Shown here piece by piece: positions 37,974 through 47,627 of a stretch of 64,000 bases of DNA (its first letter is position 1; the number at the start of each line of letters is the position of its first letter). The translations under genes and the position numbers were made by a program. Under the pieces are notes generated by a model. That model was not told where the DNA came from, did no database searches, and saw only the letters and a program-made list of their open reading frames with translations. This DNA is from an uncultured delta proteobacterium (GTDB lineage Bacteria > Myxococcota_A > Polyangia > Polyangiales > Polyangiaceae), in NCBI GenBank assembly GCA_963696385.1, contig CAVOKF010000006.1, positions 453,387 to 517,386 on the forward strand. The letters are read 5' to 3'.

Positions 37974-39992
37974 TCAGGTCAGAACGAACGTGTCGAGCGC
38001 CGCCACGAGGACGCCCACGATGCTCTCGCCGGCGATGAGCCCGGACGCGATGGGGATGACGAAGCGGCCCCCCTGTCGAGGATTGAAGCGCTGGAACGCG
38101 GTGGCGGCGACGGCCCCGATCACGAACGAAAGCGACGTGTAAAACGGCAGGAAGAGGCCGAGGCCGATCCCCGTCGCGGACGGCAGCCACGCCTTGTCTT
38201 TCGGAAAGAGCCACTCGGCGATCGCGAGCCCCGTTCCCGCCAGAAGGCCGATCGCGATGCCCTCGCGCGCCATCGGGTGCAGATTGCCGATGCCCATGCG
38301 AAAAATCTCGGCGACCGCCTTCCATTGTTGAGCCGCCGGGGCGGCGAACTGCGGGGGTCTGCCTCCGACTCCGGTGAGGGCGGTGGCGTCGGGGACGAGC
38401 AGGAAGTAGCCGAGGACCGACGCGACCGTTCCCGTGAAGATGCCGAAAAACTGAGCCATGAATTGCCGGCGCGGGTGCGCGCCCAGCAAGTAGCCGGATT
38501 TGAGGTCGTTGAGCAAGTCCGCGGCTTCGGCCGAAGCGCTCGCCGTGATCGATGCGGTCATCAGATTGGCCGCGTAACTCTGCGGCATGAGGGCGCCGTA
38601 GGTGAGTTGCATGATCTTTCCCATGGCGCCGATGGGGGTGATGTCCGTTTCGCCGGTCGCGCGGCACGCGACGAGAGCCAAAAAAAAGGTCAGGAACACC
38701 GCGAGCGCTCCGTAATGAAGCGGAATATCGAACGCGAGCCAGGCGAGCGCGACGACCGCGGCACCCGAGGCCGCAGTTCCGACGACGAACCAGGCCATGG
38801 GCACTTCGACCCGGTCGGACGGCCGGTCGTCGCCCGCCCGGGGCCTCTGGCCGACATCGGCCAGCGCGCGAGCGATGGTCTTGAACTGGAGCGCGAAGGT
38901 GACCAGCCCGTACGCCACCATGAGCGGGGCGCCGAACCAGATGCCGATTTCCTTCCAGGCGGCGCCCGGCCGCGTCAGAGCCGCCACGAGGATGCCGCCG
39001 TGCGGGGACCACTCCCATCGCATCGCCAGAGGTCCGATGGCCGCGATGAGCAGCACGCCGCCTGCCAGCATCGAAAGCGTGACACGCAGCCCCACGATCG
39101 CTCCGGCGGCCAAGAGGACCACGCTGTGATCGAGCACGACGTTCCATGCCGACAAAGGATAGGCGTGGAGGGACAGGACGCCGGTCTTCGGGTCGCGGTG
39201 CATCGCGGAAATGCCCGGAAGCCAGTCGAAGACCGCCGACTGCGAGGGAGCGATCGCATGCCTGTCGGTACGACCGTCGGATCCGGTCGTCTTCACGACG
39301 TTCAAGTTGGTGAGCAGCGGGACGAGCGCGCCGAGCGCGGCGGACACGAAGAGGGCGCGACCTTTCGCGAGCGCCTCGGTTCCTTCGCTGTACAGGCTCT
39401 GGAGCAACACCGCCGCGGCGGTGCCGGACGGGAACTTGAGCTTCTCGCGATTGATCATGCTCCGCTTCATGGGGATGCCCATGACCACGCCGAGCGCTGC
39501 CACGCAGAACACCCATGTCACGACGACGTACCAACGCATCTGCGTCCCGCCCGGTCGGGCGTCGGTGATCGACAAGAGGAGCATGGCCGGCACCGCCGAC
39601 ACGAGAAGCGCCGTGGTGGACGACCCCGCCGACGTCGCGGTCGACTGCATGCAGTTGCTCTCGAGAATCGTCATCGGACTCTTGGCGATGCCGATCTTGA
39701 GCGCAAACGTCCAGATCGTGAACGACGCGATGCAGGCCGTCAGTGCGACTCCGAGCCCCCAGCCTGCCTTGAGACCGACGTAGACGTTCGAGAAGGCCAG
39801 AAAGAAGCCGAGAATCGCGCCCATCGCGACGGCGCGGACGGTCAGCTGCGCGGCATCTCCGCGAAACGCGCGGGCGTACCAGGTGGCCTCGTCCATGGCT
39901 GCGACGTCTTCGGGGGCGATGGCGAGCGGACGGCTTCGTTCGATCTCCTCGGCCGTCGACGGGGGCTTTTGAAGCAGCGGCATGGCATGCAC
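37974..39992 (-). CDS. OPT family oligopeptide transporter
   Basis: [40 protein letters not shown] and SGLIAGESI motifs, many TM helices. Confidence 0.92.
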   Translation of the reverse strand: MHAMPLLQKPPSTAEEIERSRPLAIAPEDVAAMDEATWYARAFRGDAAQLTVRAVAMGAILGFFLAFSNVYVGLKAGWGLGVALTACIASFTIWTFALKIGIAKSPMTILESNCMQSTATSAGSSTTALLVSAVPAMLLLSITDARPGGTQMRWYVVVTWVFCVAALGVVMGIPMKRSMINREKLKFPSGTAAAVLLQSLYSEGTEALAKGRALFVSAALGALVPLLTNLNVVKTTGSDGRTDRHAIAPSQSAVFDWLPGISAMHRDPKTGVLSLHAYPLSAWNVVLDHSVVLLAAGAIVGLRVTLSMLAGGVLLIAAIGPLAMRWEWSPHGGILVAALTRPGAAWKEIGIWFGAPLMVAYGLVTFALQFKTIARALADVGQRPRAGDDRPSDRVEVPMAWFVVGTAASGAAVVALAWLAFDIPLHYGALAVFLTFFLALVACRATGETDITPIGAMGKIMQLTYGALMPQSYAANLMTASITASASAEAADLLNDLKSGYLLGAHPRRQFMAQFFGIFTGTVASVLGYFLLVPDATALTGVGGRPPQFAAPAAQQWKAVAEIFRMGIGNLHPMAREGIAIGLLAGTGLAIAEWLFPKDKAWLPSATGIGLGLFLPFYTSLSFVIGAVAATAFQRFNPRQGGRFVIPIASGLIAGESIVGVLVAALDTFVLT

Positions 39993-40049
39993 CCTAGATC
40001 AAACACCGGTGCGCCGTCGTTGCCTGACCCGACGAGGTCGCGGTAGTAG

Positions 40050-41591
40050 GTGACGATGATTTTCAAGAAGGCGGATGTCGGCATCGATTCGATCGGGGTC
40101 TACGTGCCTCGCCTGTACGTCGACCTGACGGGCGAATGGGCGCGCGTGCGGGCACCCGTGCTGGCCGATGGGGATATCCGCAAGCTCGTCGGCAAAGTCA
40201 CCGAAGGCGTCGGCGTCCGGCGAATGGCGGTCATCGACGCGCACGAGGACTGCGCGACGCTCGCGGCCATGGCGGCGAAGCGAGCGATCGACGCCGCCGG
40301 AATCGATCCGACCGACATCGACTACCTCGCGGTCGGTACCGAGACGACCGTGGATCAATCGAAGTCGACCGCGGCCTACGTGCTCGGAATGCTCGAGCGC
40401 CACTACGGCGTGTCGCTTTCCGAGGTCGGCGCTCCGCAATTCCAATTCGCATGCATCGGGGCGACCTACGCCCTGGAAGCCGCGATCAGTCGAATCCGCG
40501 CGGGCGACAACACCAAGCCCTACAGCCTGGTCGTCGCCAGTGACGTCTCGAAGTACCCGCTGGCGACCGCCGGCGAATATACGCAGGGGGCCGGCGCGGT
40601 GGCGTTGCTCATTTCGAGAAACCCGCGCGTCCTGGCGTTCGAGCCCGGGCTGTCGGCGACGATTACGCGAGACGAGCGAGATTTTTTTCGGCCCAACTGG
40701 AGCTCGGAGGCGGTCGTCGACGGCAAGTATTCGATCGACGTGTACCTCGATTGCATCGAGGCGGCGTTTCAGGCGTACGCGAGGCGCGCCGAGCACGTCT
40801 TCGGGTCGAGCTCGGATCGGCTGTACGACGCGGTCGATCACTTCTTGTTTCATGTGCCGTTTCCGCGGATGGCGGAATACGCAGCCGCCCGCGTCTTCAC
40901 GGGGCTGTGGTTGGGCAATCCGCATACGCGCGAAGTTCTCACGGCGGAGGTCCCGCTGGTCGCTTCCGACCCTGGCAACGATCCGCGCGCCTGGCGCAAA
41001 GAACTGGAGCGCGCCGTCGCGAAAAGTCCGCTCTTCCGCGCCGCATTCGCGCGAAAGGTCGAACCGGCCGTCGCGCTGTCGCGGGACATCGGAAATATCT
41101 ATTCGGGATCGCTCTACCTCGCCTTGGCGAGTCTCTTCGACCAAGAAAGCGCCCGTGCGCTCGCCGGACGGCGGATCGTCTTCGGCTCGTACGGCAGCGG
41201 GGCGAGTGCAAAGGTGTTCAGTGGCATCGTCGCGGACGGCTACGACGCGATCGCACGGAAGCTGCACATTCGAGACGACCTGCGTCCCGAATCGGATGGG
41301 GGCACCCGCGTTGCGCTGACGGTCGCCGAATACGAGCGATTGCACGCGTTGTCGGATTGCGAGATCGACTTCCCGGAGGCACTTTCACGCCATTGGATCG
41401 AGGGCGCTGTCCTGGGCGTCGGCGATCTCGCCTCCCTGCGTGCGGCCTGGGCGAAACCCACGTGGCGGGTCCGGCCCCGCGGCGACTCCGTTCGGCCTCC
41501 CCGCGGCGAATTCGCACTCGATCACCTTGGCACGAGCGTTTCGGCCCAGCGCACCGACGTGGGGTATCGGTACTACGTGTGGGCGCCCTGA
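40050..41591 (+). CDS. mvaS: Hydroxymethylglutaryl-CoA synthase
   Basis: VGTET..DQSK, catalytic FAC, GEYTQGAGAVA, DFFRP, FHVPF, GNIYSGSLY and SYGSG motifs. Confidence 0.88.
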   Translation: MTMIFKKADVGIDSIGVYVPRLYVDLTGEWARVRAPVLADGDIRKLVGKVTEGVGVRRMAVIDAHEDCATLAAMAAKRAIDAAGIDPTDIDYLAVGTETTVDQSKSTAAYVLGMLERHYGVSLSEVGAPQFQFACIGATYALEAAISRIRAGDNTKPYSLVVASDVSKYPLATAGEYTQGAGAVALLISRNPRVLAFEPGLSATITRDERDFFRPNWSSEAVVDGKYSIDVYLDCIEAAFQAYARRAEHVFGSSSDRLYDAVDHFLFHVPFPRMAEYAAARVFTGLWLGNPHTREVLTAEVPLVASDPGNDPRAWRKELERAVAKSPLFRAAFARKVEPAVALSRDIGNIYSGSLYLALASLFDQESARALAGRRIVFGSYGSGASAKVFSGIVADGYDAIARKLHIRDDLRPESDGGTRVALTVAEYERLHALSDCEIDFPEALSRHWIEGAVLGVGDLASLRAAWAKPTWRVRPRGDSVRPPRGEFALDHLGTSVSAQRTDVGYRYYVWAP

Positions 41592-41674
41592 TTGCCCACA
41601 CACCCGTTCGTCAGACGTTTTTGGTGGGCCGGGCCCCTTTTGCGCTTTGAAAACCCCGTCCCATCTGTGTCATT

Positions 41675-43261
41675 GTGATAAGAGTGACGACGAGACGCGA
41701 CTCGTTTTCGTTCGAGGTGGACGTCGTCGAGTCGCTCGACGAGCCGGAGCCCTCGTCCGTCCGCACGTCCGGCGACGCCCCTGCGCGTGCACCACGGCCC
41801 GCGTCCTGGGCCCCTGCGTTGCCCCTCGACCGCGTGCCGATCCGGCCCCCGGAGGCGCCGCCCAGTGCGCCCGTCTCGCGGGTCCGAACGATCCCCCCGC
41901 TGTCCCCTTCTGCCATCGCGGAACCATGGATGCATTCGCCGTCCACGGCGCCGGTAGGCCCACCGCGTGCGGTTCAGCCCGCGGCCGCAACGGCCTCCGC
42001 GGGGCCCACAGCCCCCGCCGCGCTGCCGATGGGACCACCCGGATCGCCCCCTCCGTCGGCTGCGCCCCGATCGGCGGGACCACCTGGATCGCCGCCTCCG
42101 TCGGCTGCGCCACGATCGGCGGGTCCGCCTGGAGCTCCCCCTCCGTCGGCTGCGCCCCGAGCGGCGGGACCACCTGGAGCACCCCCTCCGTCGGCGGCGC
42201 CCCGAGCGGCGGGACCGCCTGGAGCTCCCCCTCCGTCGGCTGCGCCCCGAGCGGCGGGACCGCCTGGAGCTCCCCCTCCGTCGGCTGCGCCACGATCGGC
42301 GGGTCCGCCTGGAGCACCCCCTCCGTCGGCTGCGCCACGATCGGCCGGACCGCCTCCACCGCCATGGTCCGTGTCGCGATCGGTGGCGCCACCCGGATCC
42401 GCCGCGCCTCGAGCGGCGGGGTCGCCTCCACCTCCACCGCCATGGACCGCGTCGCGATCGGTGGCGCCACCCTCGCCCTCGCGTTCTTTTGACCTGAGCG
42501 ACGCGCTCGAGCCGCCGTCCTGGCGATCTCCTTTGGAGATGCCGCAAACACCGTCGCCTTTGCCATTTCCCATGGATGGGGGCCACGCGTCCGCGCCTGC
42601 CTGGCCGTTCGCGTCGCCGCCGATGGGGGAGCGACCGCTCGCGCCGGGGGGAGCCGCCCCAGTGCCCATGCGCGGGCCTTTGGAGATGCCCACCCCCGTT
42701 CCACGTGGTCGTCGTGCCGCGCAGGCCGCGCTTCGGGTGGACGACGACGTCGATCTTCGTCCGTCGCGAAGCTTGCGGGGCCTCGGCCAGATCCTGCTCG
42801 TCGCGCTGCTTTTGGCGATTGGGGGTGCGACCGCTGCCGCGTGGATCGCACGACGAACGCCGATCGGATACGCGATCGCGACGCCCGAGCCCCGGGCCGA
42901 ATCGCCAGCCCCCGTCACCCCGTCGGTTTCGCCGGCGGCGGCAACCGTACCGTCCGCGGCCGCCTCGGACGTGCCCGTCGTGCTCGTGTCGTCGCTTCCG
43001 GTGGCCGCCCCGACCGCGTCGGGGACCGGGGATCGCGCGTCGGCCGGACATCACACGGCGCCGGTTCGATGGCGGCCCGCAGCCCACCGGCCGGTCCCGC
43101 GGCCCTCCAAGGTCGCATCCCCGTCGCACGACGCTCCGATCCCCGCGCCGGCGAAGGCTCCTAGGTCAAAACCAGCCCCCGCGAAGGCCGCCCCGGCCCC
43201 CGGCTCACTCGACGATTTGATCCGCAAGTCGGTCGAGGCCGACGCGAAGAAAAAACAGTAG
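41675..43261 (+). CDS. Pro-rich single-TM protein with tandem repeats
   Basis: Long Pro-rich N-region, TM ILLVALLLAIGGATAAAWI, and a Pro/Ala-rich tail ending SLDDLIRKSV. Confidence 0.65.
   Translation: MIRVTTRRDSFSFEVDVVESLDEPEPSSVRTSGDAPARAPRPASWAPALPLDRVPIRPPEAPPSAPVSRVRTIPPLSPSAIAEPWMHSPSTAPVGPPRAVQPAAATASAGPTAPAALPMGPPGSPPPSAAPRSAGPPGSPPPSAAPRSAGPPGAPPPSAAPRAAGPPGAPPPSAAPRAAGPPGAPPPSAAPRAAGPPGAPPPSAAPRSAGPPGAPPPSAAPRSAGPPPPPWSVSRSVAPPGSAAPRAAGSPPPPPPWTASRSVAPPSPSRSFDLSDALEPPSWRSPLEMPQTPSPLPFPMDGGHASAPAWPFASPPMGERPLAPGGAAPVPMRGPLEMPTPVPRGRRAAQAALRVDDDVDLRPSRSLRGLGQILLVALLLAIGGATAAAWIARRTPIGYAIATPEPRAESPAPVTPSVSPAAATVPSAAASDVPVVLVSSLPVAAPTASGTGDRASAGHHTAPVRWRPAAHRPVPRPSKVASPSHDAPIPAPAKAPRSKPAPAKAAPAPGSLDDLIRKSVEADAKKKQ
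42032..42346 (+). repeat. 45-bp coding tandem repeat x7 (GPPG[SA]PPPSAAPR[SA]A)
   Basis: Seen in both the DNA and the translation. Confidence 0.9.
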
Positions 43262-43272
43262 CGCTCGACTGA

Positions 43273-43585
43273 GACCGGCGACCGGCGACCGCGACCGGCG
43301 ACCGGCGACCGCGAGCGGCGACCGCGACTGCGACCGCGACCGCGACAACCGCTCCGGCGACCGGCGACCGGCGACCGGCGACCGCGACCGCGACCGCGAC
43401 CGCGACCGCGACCGGCGACCGCGACTGGCGCGCCGGCGACCGGCGACCGGCGACCGCGACCGCGACCGCGACCGCGACCGGCGACCGCGACTGGCGCGCC
43501 GGCGACCGGCGACCGGCGACCGCGACCGGCGACCGGCGACCGCGACCGCGACCGGCGACCGCGACCGCGACCACGGCGACCGCGA
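43273..43585. repeat. Compound microsatellite of GACCGC / GACCGGC units
   Basis: About 310 bp of mixed 6- and 7-nt units between convergent genes, with a duplicated GACTGGCGCGCCGGC interruption. Confidence 0.92.
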
Positions 43586-43598
43586 GCCGCGATGTGCT

Positions 43599-44714
43599 CT
43601 AACGCCCGACGAACTCCACGCCGAACTGGGTCGCGTCGTCCTCGACGAAGCGGATCAGTCCGTCCCCCTCCGCCTCGAGCGCTTCGCGCGTCTTTTTGGA
43701 CAGCGTGGCGAACGATTTCACGATGAGGCTGGCTGTCTTCTTCTTGCGTCGGATGCTCCAGGTCCCGGCCACGAAGCCGTCGACCAGAAACGTCGCGCTC
43801 ACCCGCAGCGCGGGAAGAAACACCGCCGACCGGTGCTCCTCGGCCAAGATCCGCGTTCGGTTCGCGTGCGAGAGAAGGACATTGTCGAATTCGGGCAAAA
43901 AGCGGGGTGGCGCCGGGGTTTCGGAATCCGGGCGGGGCGCATCCGGAAGGTCCAGGAGCTCGCGCCGCCGGTCGTCCCGCACGACTACGAGCTCGGGCCG
44001 CATCGCCCCGATGACGTCTTTCAATCCCTTGCGTCCGGACCACGTCTGAACATCGCTGGCTGTTGCGGGTCCGAAAGCGGCCAGGTAACGGGTCACGTAG
44101 GCCCGCGCCCGATCCTCGTCGTCGATCGGCCGGCCAAGCCACGTGTCGGCCGCCGTGAAATCGGCCACCGCGGGATAGCCCCACAGCGCGTCGGGCGTGG
44201 GCACCTGGACGAGCGGCAGGTGCGTGCGGACCGCGAACGCTTTCGCGCGAACGTCTCCCGACTCGCCGGCGGAGAGAAAAATACGCAGCTCGTCGAACGT
44301 CCGCGGCCGCTCGCTGAAGAAGGGGTGCGCGACGGCAACGAGGTGAGCGATGTCGAGGTCATCGGCGCGCTGCCGGAGTACCGCGCGCATCCCCTCGGTC
44401 AGCCCGGGCTGCATCGCTCCGCGGAGCGCGACGTAGTCGCGTGCCGTCGCGAGGTGAAGGGTGCCTCGCATCATCGTCGCGCGCACGACGTGGCGCTCCC
44501 GAATCAAGTCCACGAGCTCGGCTCGGCGAAAGCCCGCGACGCGCGACCACAGCCCGATGAACGGCGGCTTGGCGACTTGCGCTTGCAGCCCAACCAGCCG
44601 CTCGATGGCGGCGGTGACGGTCCCATCCTCGCGCGCGAGCAACATTTGCCGTGCCAGCGTCGCCCGATTGAGGGCACGGAGCGACAAGACGGGCTCGTAG
44701 CGATGACCGGTCAT
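43599..44714 (-). CDS. AlkZ/HTH_42 family winged-helix DNA glycosylase
   Basis: RATLARQMLL, GLQAQ (Q-hydrophobic-Q), MRGTLHL, RYLAAFGPAT..D...WSG and FLPEFDN motifs. Confidence 0.88.
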   Translation of the reverse strand: MTGHRYEPVLSLRALNRATLARQMLLAREDGTVTAAIERLVGLQAQVAKPPFIGLWSRVAGFRRAELVDLIRERHVVRATMMRGTLHLATARDYVALRGAMQPGLTEGMRAVLRQRADDLDIAHLVAVAHPFFSERPRTFDELRIFLSAGESGDVRAKAFAVRTHLPLVQVPTPDALWGYPAVADFTAADTWLGRPIDDEDRARAYVTRYLAAFGPATASDVQTWSGRKGLKDVIGAMRPELVVVRDDRRRELLDLPDAPRPDSETPAPPRFLPEFDNVLLSHANRTRILAEEHRSAVFLPALRVSATFLVDGFVAGTWSIRRKKKTASLIVKSFATLSKKTREALEAEGDGLIRFVEDDATQFGVEFVGR

Positions 44715-44833
44715 TCCGATTTGGGGCGCTTGGCTTCGAACGCACCGTCCGACGAAACCGGACCGTGCTAGGAAACGGATCGGAAACGCGGTTCAGGCGA
44801 GGCTCCTGAATCATCGCGCCACGCGAGCCCACC

Positions 44834-47530
44834 GTGCAAGAGCTCCTCGACGACGTCCGCCTTCTCACCCGTTTACTCGACGACGCCATCGAAGAGCGCT
44901 CCGGCTCCGATGCGCTCGCCACCGTCGACGCGCTCCGGCGCTCGGCTCCGGAGCTTCGGTCGCATGGGGGCGGCCCCGCTCGCGAGGCCTTTGCCGTTCG
45001 CATGGGCGGACTGAGCGCCCCGCAGCTCGCGGACGTCGCGCACGTCCTGACCCAGCAACTGCAGCTGATGAACGTCGCCGAGGAACAGCACCGGGTGCGG
45101 GTCCTTCGCGGTCGCGATCGGGGCACGACTCCGGTCACCGAATCGATTGCCGCGGCCATCGAAGAGGCCAAGCACACCGGCATCACTGCGGACGACATGC
45201 GGACGCTTCTGCGGCGTCTCTTCGTCATGCCGGTGCTCACCGCGCACCCCACGGAGGCGCGCCGCCGCACCGTTCTCGATCACCTCGCCGACGTGTCGTT
45301 GGGGCTCGACCGGCTCGACGACGGGCGACTGCCGGCGCGCGACCGGGCCCACACGTTGGGGCAGCTTCGCGAATCGATCAGCGCGCTCGATTGCACGGAG
45401 GAAGCCCGCGCCGTGCGGCCTACGCCGCTCGACGAGGTGCGGGCGGGGCTCGATGTCTTCGAGCGGACGCTGCTCGACGTGACCCCCGCGGTCATTCGCG
45501 AACTGGAAGACGCCCTTGCCCGCTTTTATCCGGGCGAGCCCTTCGACGTAGGTCCGTTTCTGCGATGGGGGACGTGGATCGGCGGCGATCGCGACGGACA
45601 TCCGGGCGTAACGGCGGACGTCACGCGCGGGGCGCTCGAACGCTACCGGACGACGGCGATCCGGCGCGCTCTGCGCGACGTCGCCGAGCTCGGGCGTGTT
45701 CTGTCGATTTCGTCGGAGCGCGTGAACGTTGCGGGTCTCGCGGAGCTCGAGGCCGCGCTCGAAGAAGATCGGGCGAGATCCCCGGAGATCGCCGCGCGCG
45801 CTCGCCGTACGGGCCTACGAGAGCCCTGGCGCGAGAAGCTGCGGCACATGCGCCTGCGACTCGAGGCGACGCTGACACGCGGCGATGGGGCCTATCCCGA
45901 CGTTTCGGGCTACCGGGCGGACCTCGCGCTCATCCGTCGAACGCTCACGGGCGCCGGCCTCAGTCGACTCGCCAACGGCGGTCTTCGCGACATCGAGCGC
46001 CGCGCCGAGGTCTTTGGGTTTCACCTCGCCACGTTGGATTTGCGCCAGCACTCGACCGTGCACGAGGCGGCGGTCGACGAGCTGTTGCTCCGGGGGGGCG
46101 TTTCCGGCTATGCGGCGCTCGGAGAAGCCGAGCGGGTGTCGCTCTTGTGCGGTCTGCTCGAGCGTGCGGACATCGCCGCCCCGCGCCACCGGCAAGGATT
46201 GTCGCCCGTCACACGCGATCTGCTCGCGACGCTCGACGTCGTGGGGCGCGCCCGACGCGATCAGGGCCACGAGGCTTGCGAGCGGTACATCGTGAGCTTC
46301 ACGAGCACGGCAAGCGACGTTCTCGAAGTGCTCTTCTTGGCGCGCGCCGCGCGATTGGCACCCGACGAGCTCCGGCCGGTGCCGCTGCTCGAGCAGCTGC
46401 AGGATCTCGACCAGGCCGAGCCCATTGCCAAGAGCATGCTGTCGCTGCCACCGCTGCGCGCGGCGCTCCGCGGGGAGCTCGAAGTCATGATCGGCTACTC
46501 CGACAGCGGCAAGCAGGTCGGCTATGCGTCGAGCACGATTGCGCTGCGTCGCGCGCAGCAAGCGCTTGCCCGAGTGGCCGACGACGCCGGGGTGACGCTC
46601 ACCGTCTTCCACGGGCGCGGCGGCGCCGTGGGCCGCGGCGGTGGCCCCGCCAACTTCGCGATTCGCGCCCAGCCGCGTAAAGCGCTTCGGGGGCGGTTGC
46701 GGGTTACCGAACAGGGTGAGACGATTACGGCTCGCTACGGGCAGCGCGAGATCGCGCGGCGCGAGCTCGAGCAGATGGTCAATGCCGTGCTCGTGGCGTC
46801 GCTCGGGCCGGCCCGGTCGCCGACGGGCGAAGAGAGCCGTGCGCGCGAGGTGACCCTCGACATCGCGGCCAAAGCGGCTGGGGCCGCGTACGCGGACCTC
46901 GTCGGGGACCGGGATCGGCTCGCCCGGTACACTGTGGCCGTCACACCGATCCGTGAGATTTCCGAGCTCCCCATCGCGTCGCGACCCGCGACGCGCAAGC
47001 CCAAGTTGACGCTCGACGAGCTGCGGGCCATTCCGTGGGTCTTCTCCTGGAACCAGTGCCGGCACGGCGTGCCCGGCTGGTTCGGGCTGGGCTCCGCACT
47101 CGAGGCCATCATCGCGGCCCGAGGAATCGATCACGTCCGCACGCTCTATTCGGGTTGGCCGTTTTTCCACGTGCTCATCGACAATGCCCAGCTGGCGCTC
47201 GTGCGCGCGGACATGGACGTCGCGGAGCATTACGCGCGCCTCGGCGACGCCGAGGGGCGAGAAGTCTTCGCGCTCATCCGTGAGGAGTACGACCGGACGG
47301 TGGCGCGCGTGCTCGAAGTCGTCCAGGCGGACGCGTTGCTCGCTGCGTCCCCGACGCTCGCCAAAAACGTGGCGCGGCGCAACCCGTACGTCGACGTCCT
47401 CAATCATGCGCAGATCGAGCTCATGCGCAGAATGCGCGCGGCCGAATCGCCCGAGGAGCGAGAACGCCTTCGTCGCGCCCTCTTCGTGACGATCAACGGC
47501 ATCGCCGCCGGACTGATGACCGCCGGGTGA
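44834..47530 (+). CDS. ppc: Phosphoenolpyruvate carboxylase
   Basis: VLTAHPTE, WIGGDRDG, MIGYSDSGK, FHGRGG..GRGG, RVTEQGE and RAIPWVFSW motifs. Confidence 0.95.
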   Translation: MQELLDDVRLLTRLLDDAIEERSGSDALATVDALRRSAPELRSHGGGPAREAFAVRMGGLSAPQLADVAHVLTQQLQLMNVAEEQHRVRVLRGRDRGTTPVTESIAAAIEEAKHTGITADDMRTLLRRLFVMPVLTAHPTEARRRTVLDHLADVSLGLDRLDDGRLPARDRAHTLGQLRESISALDCTEEARAVRPTPLDEVRAGLDVFERTLLDVTPAVIRELEDALARFYPGEPFDVGPFLRWGTWIGGDRDGHPGVTADVTRGALERYRTTAIRRALRDVAELGRVLSISSERVNVAGLAELEAALEEDRARSPEIAARARRTGLREPWREKLRHMRLRLEATLTRGDGAYPDVSGYRADLALIRRTLTGAGLSRLANGGLRDIERRAEVFGFHLATLDLRQHSTVHEAAVDELLLRGGVSGYAALGEAERVSLLCGLLERADIAAPRHRQGLSPVTRDLLATLDVVGRARRDQGHEACERYIVSFTSTASDVLEVLFLARAARLAPDELRPVPLLEQLQDLDQAEPIAKSMLSLPPLRAALRGELEVMIGYSDSGKQVGYASSTIALRRAQQALARVADDAGVTLTVFHGRGGAVGRGGGPANFAIRAQPRKALRGRLRVTEQGETITARYGQREIARRELEQMVNAVLVASLGPARSPTGEESRAREVTLDIAAKAAGAAYADLVGDRDRLARYTVAVTPIREISELPIASRPATRKPKLTLDELRAIPWVFSWNQCRHGVPGWFGLGSALEAIIAARGIDHVRTLYSGWPFFHVLIDNAQLALVRADMDVAEHYARLGDAEGREVFALIREEYDRTVARVLEVVQADALLAASPTLAKNVARRNPYVDVLNHAQIELMRRMRAAESPEERERLRRALFVTINGIAAGLMTAG

Positions 47531-47627
47531 TTCTCCGATCTAAGTGAGCGTTTGGCTGCCGAGGTGCGAGGGCAGGGCAAAAGCGCGCATCCTCCACGGG
47601 TGGCCGCGGCGTTGTATGCTGTGGACC

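Noticed and set aside
43273..43585. Possible CRISPR array, or the VAVAGRR-repeat ORF on the minus strand
   Set aside because: Units are 6-7 nt with no unique spacers and no cas genes. The ORF is a by-product of the microsatellite.
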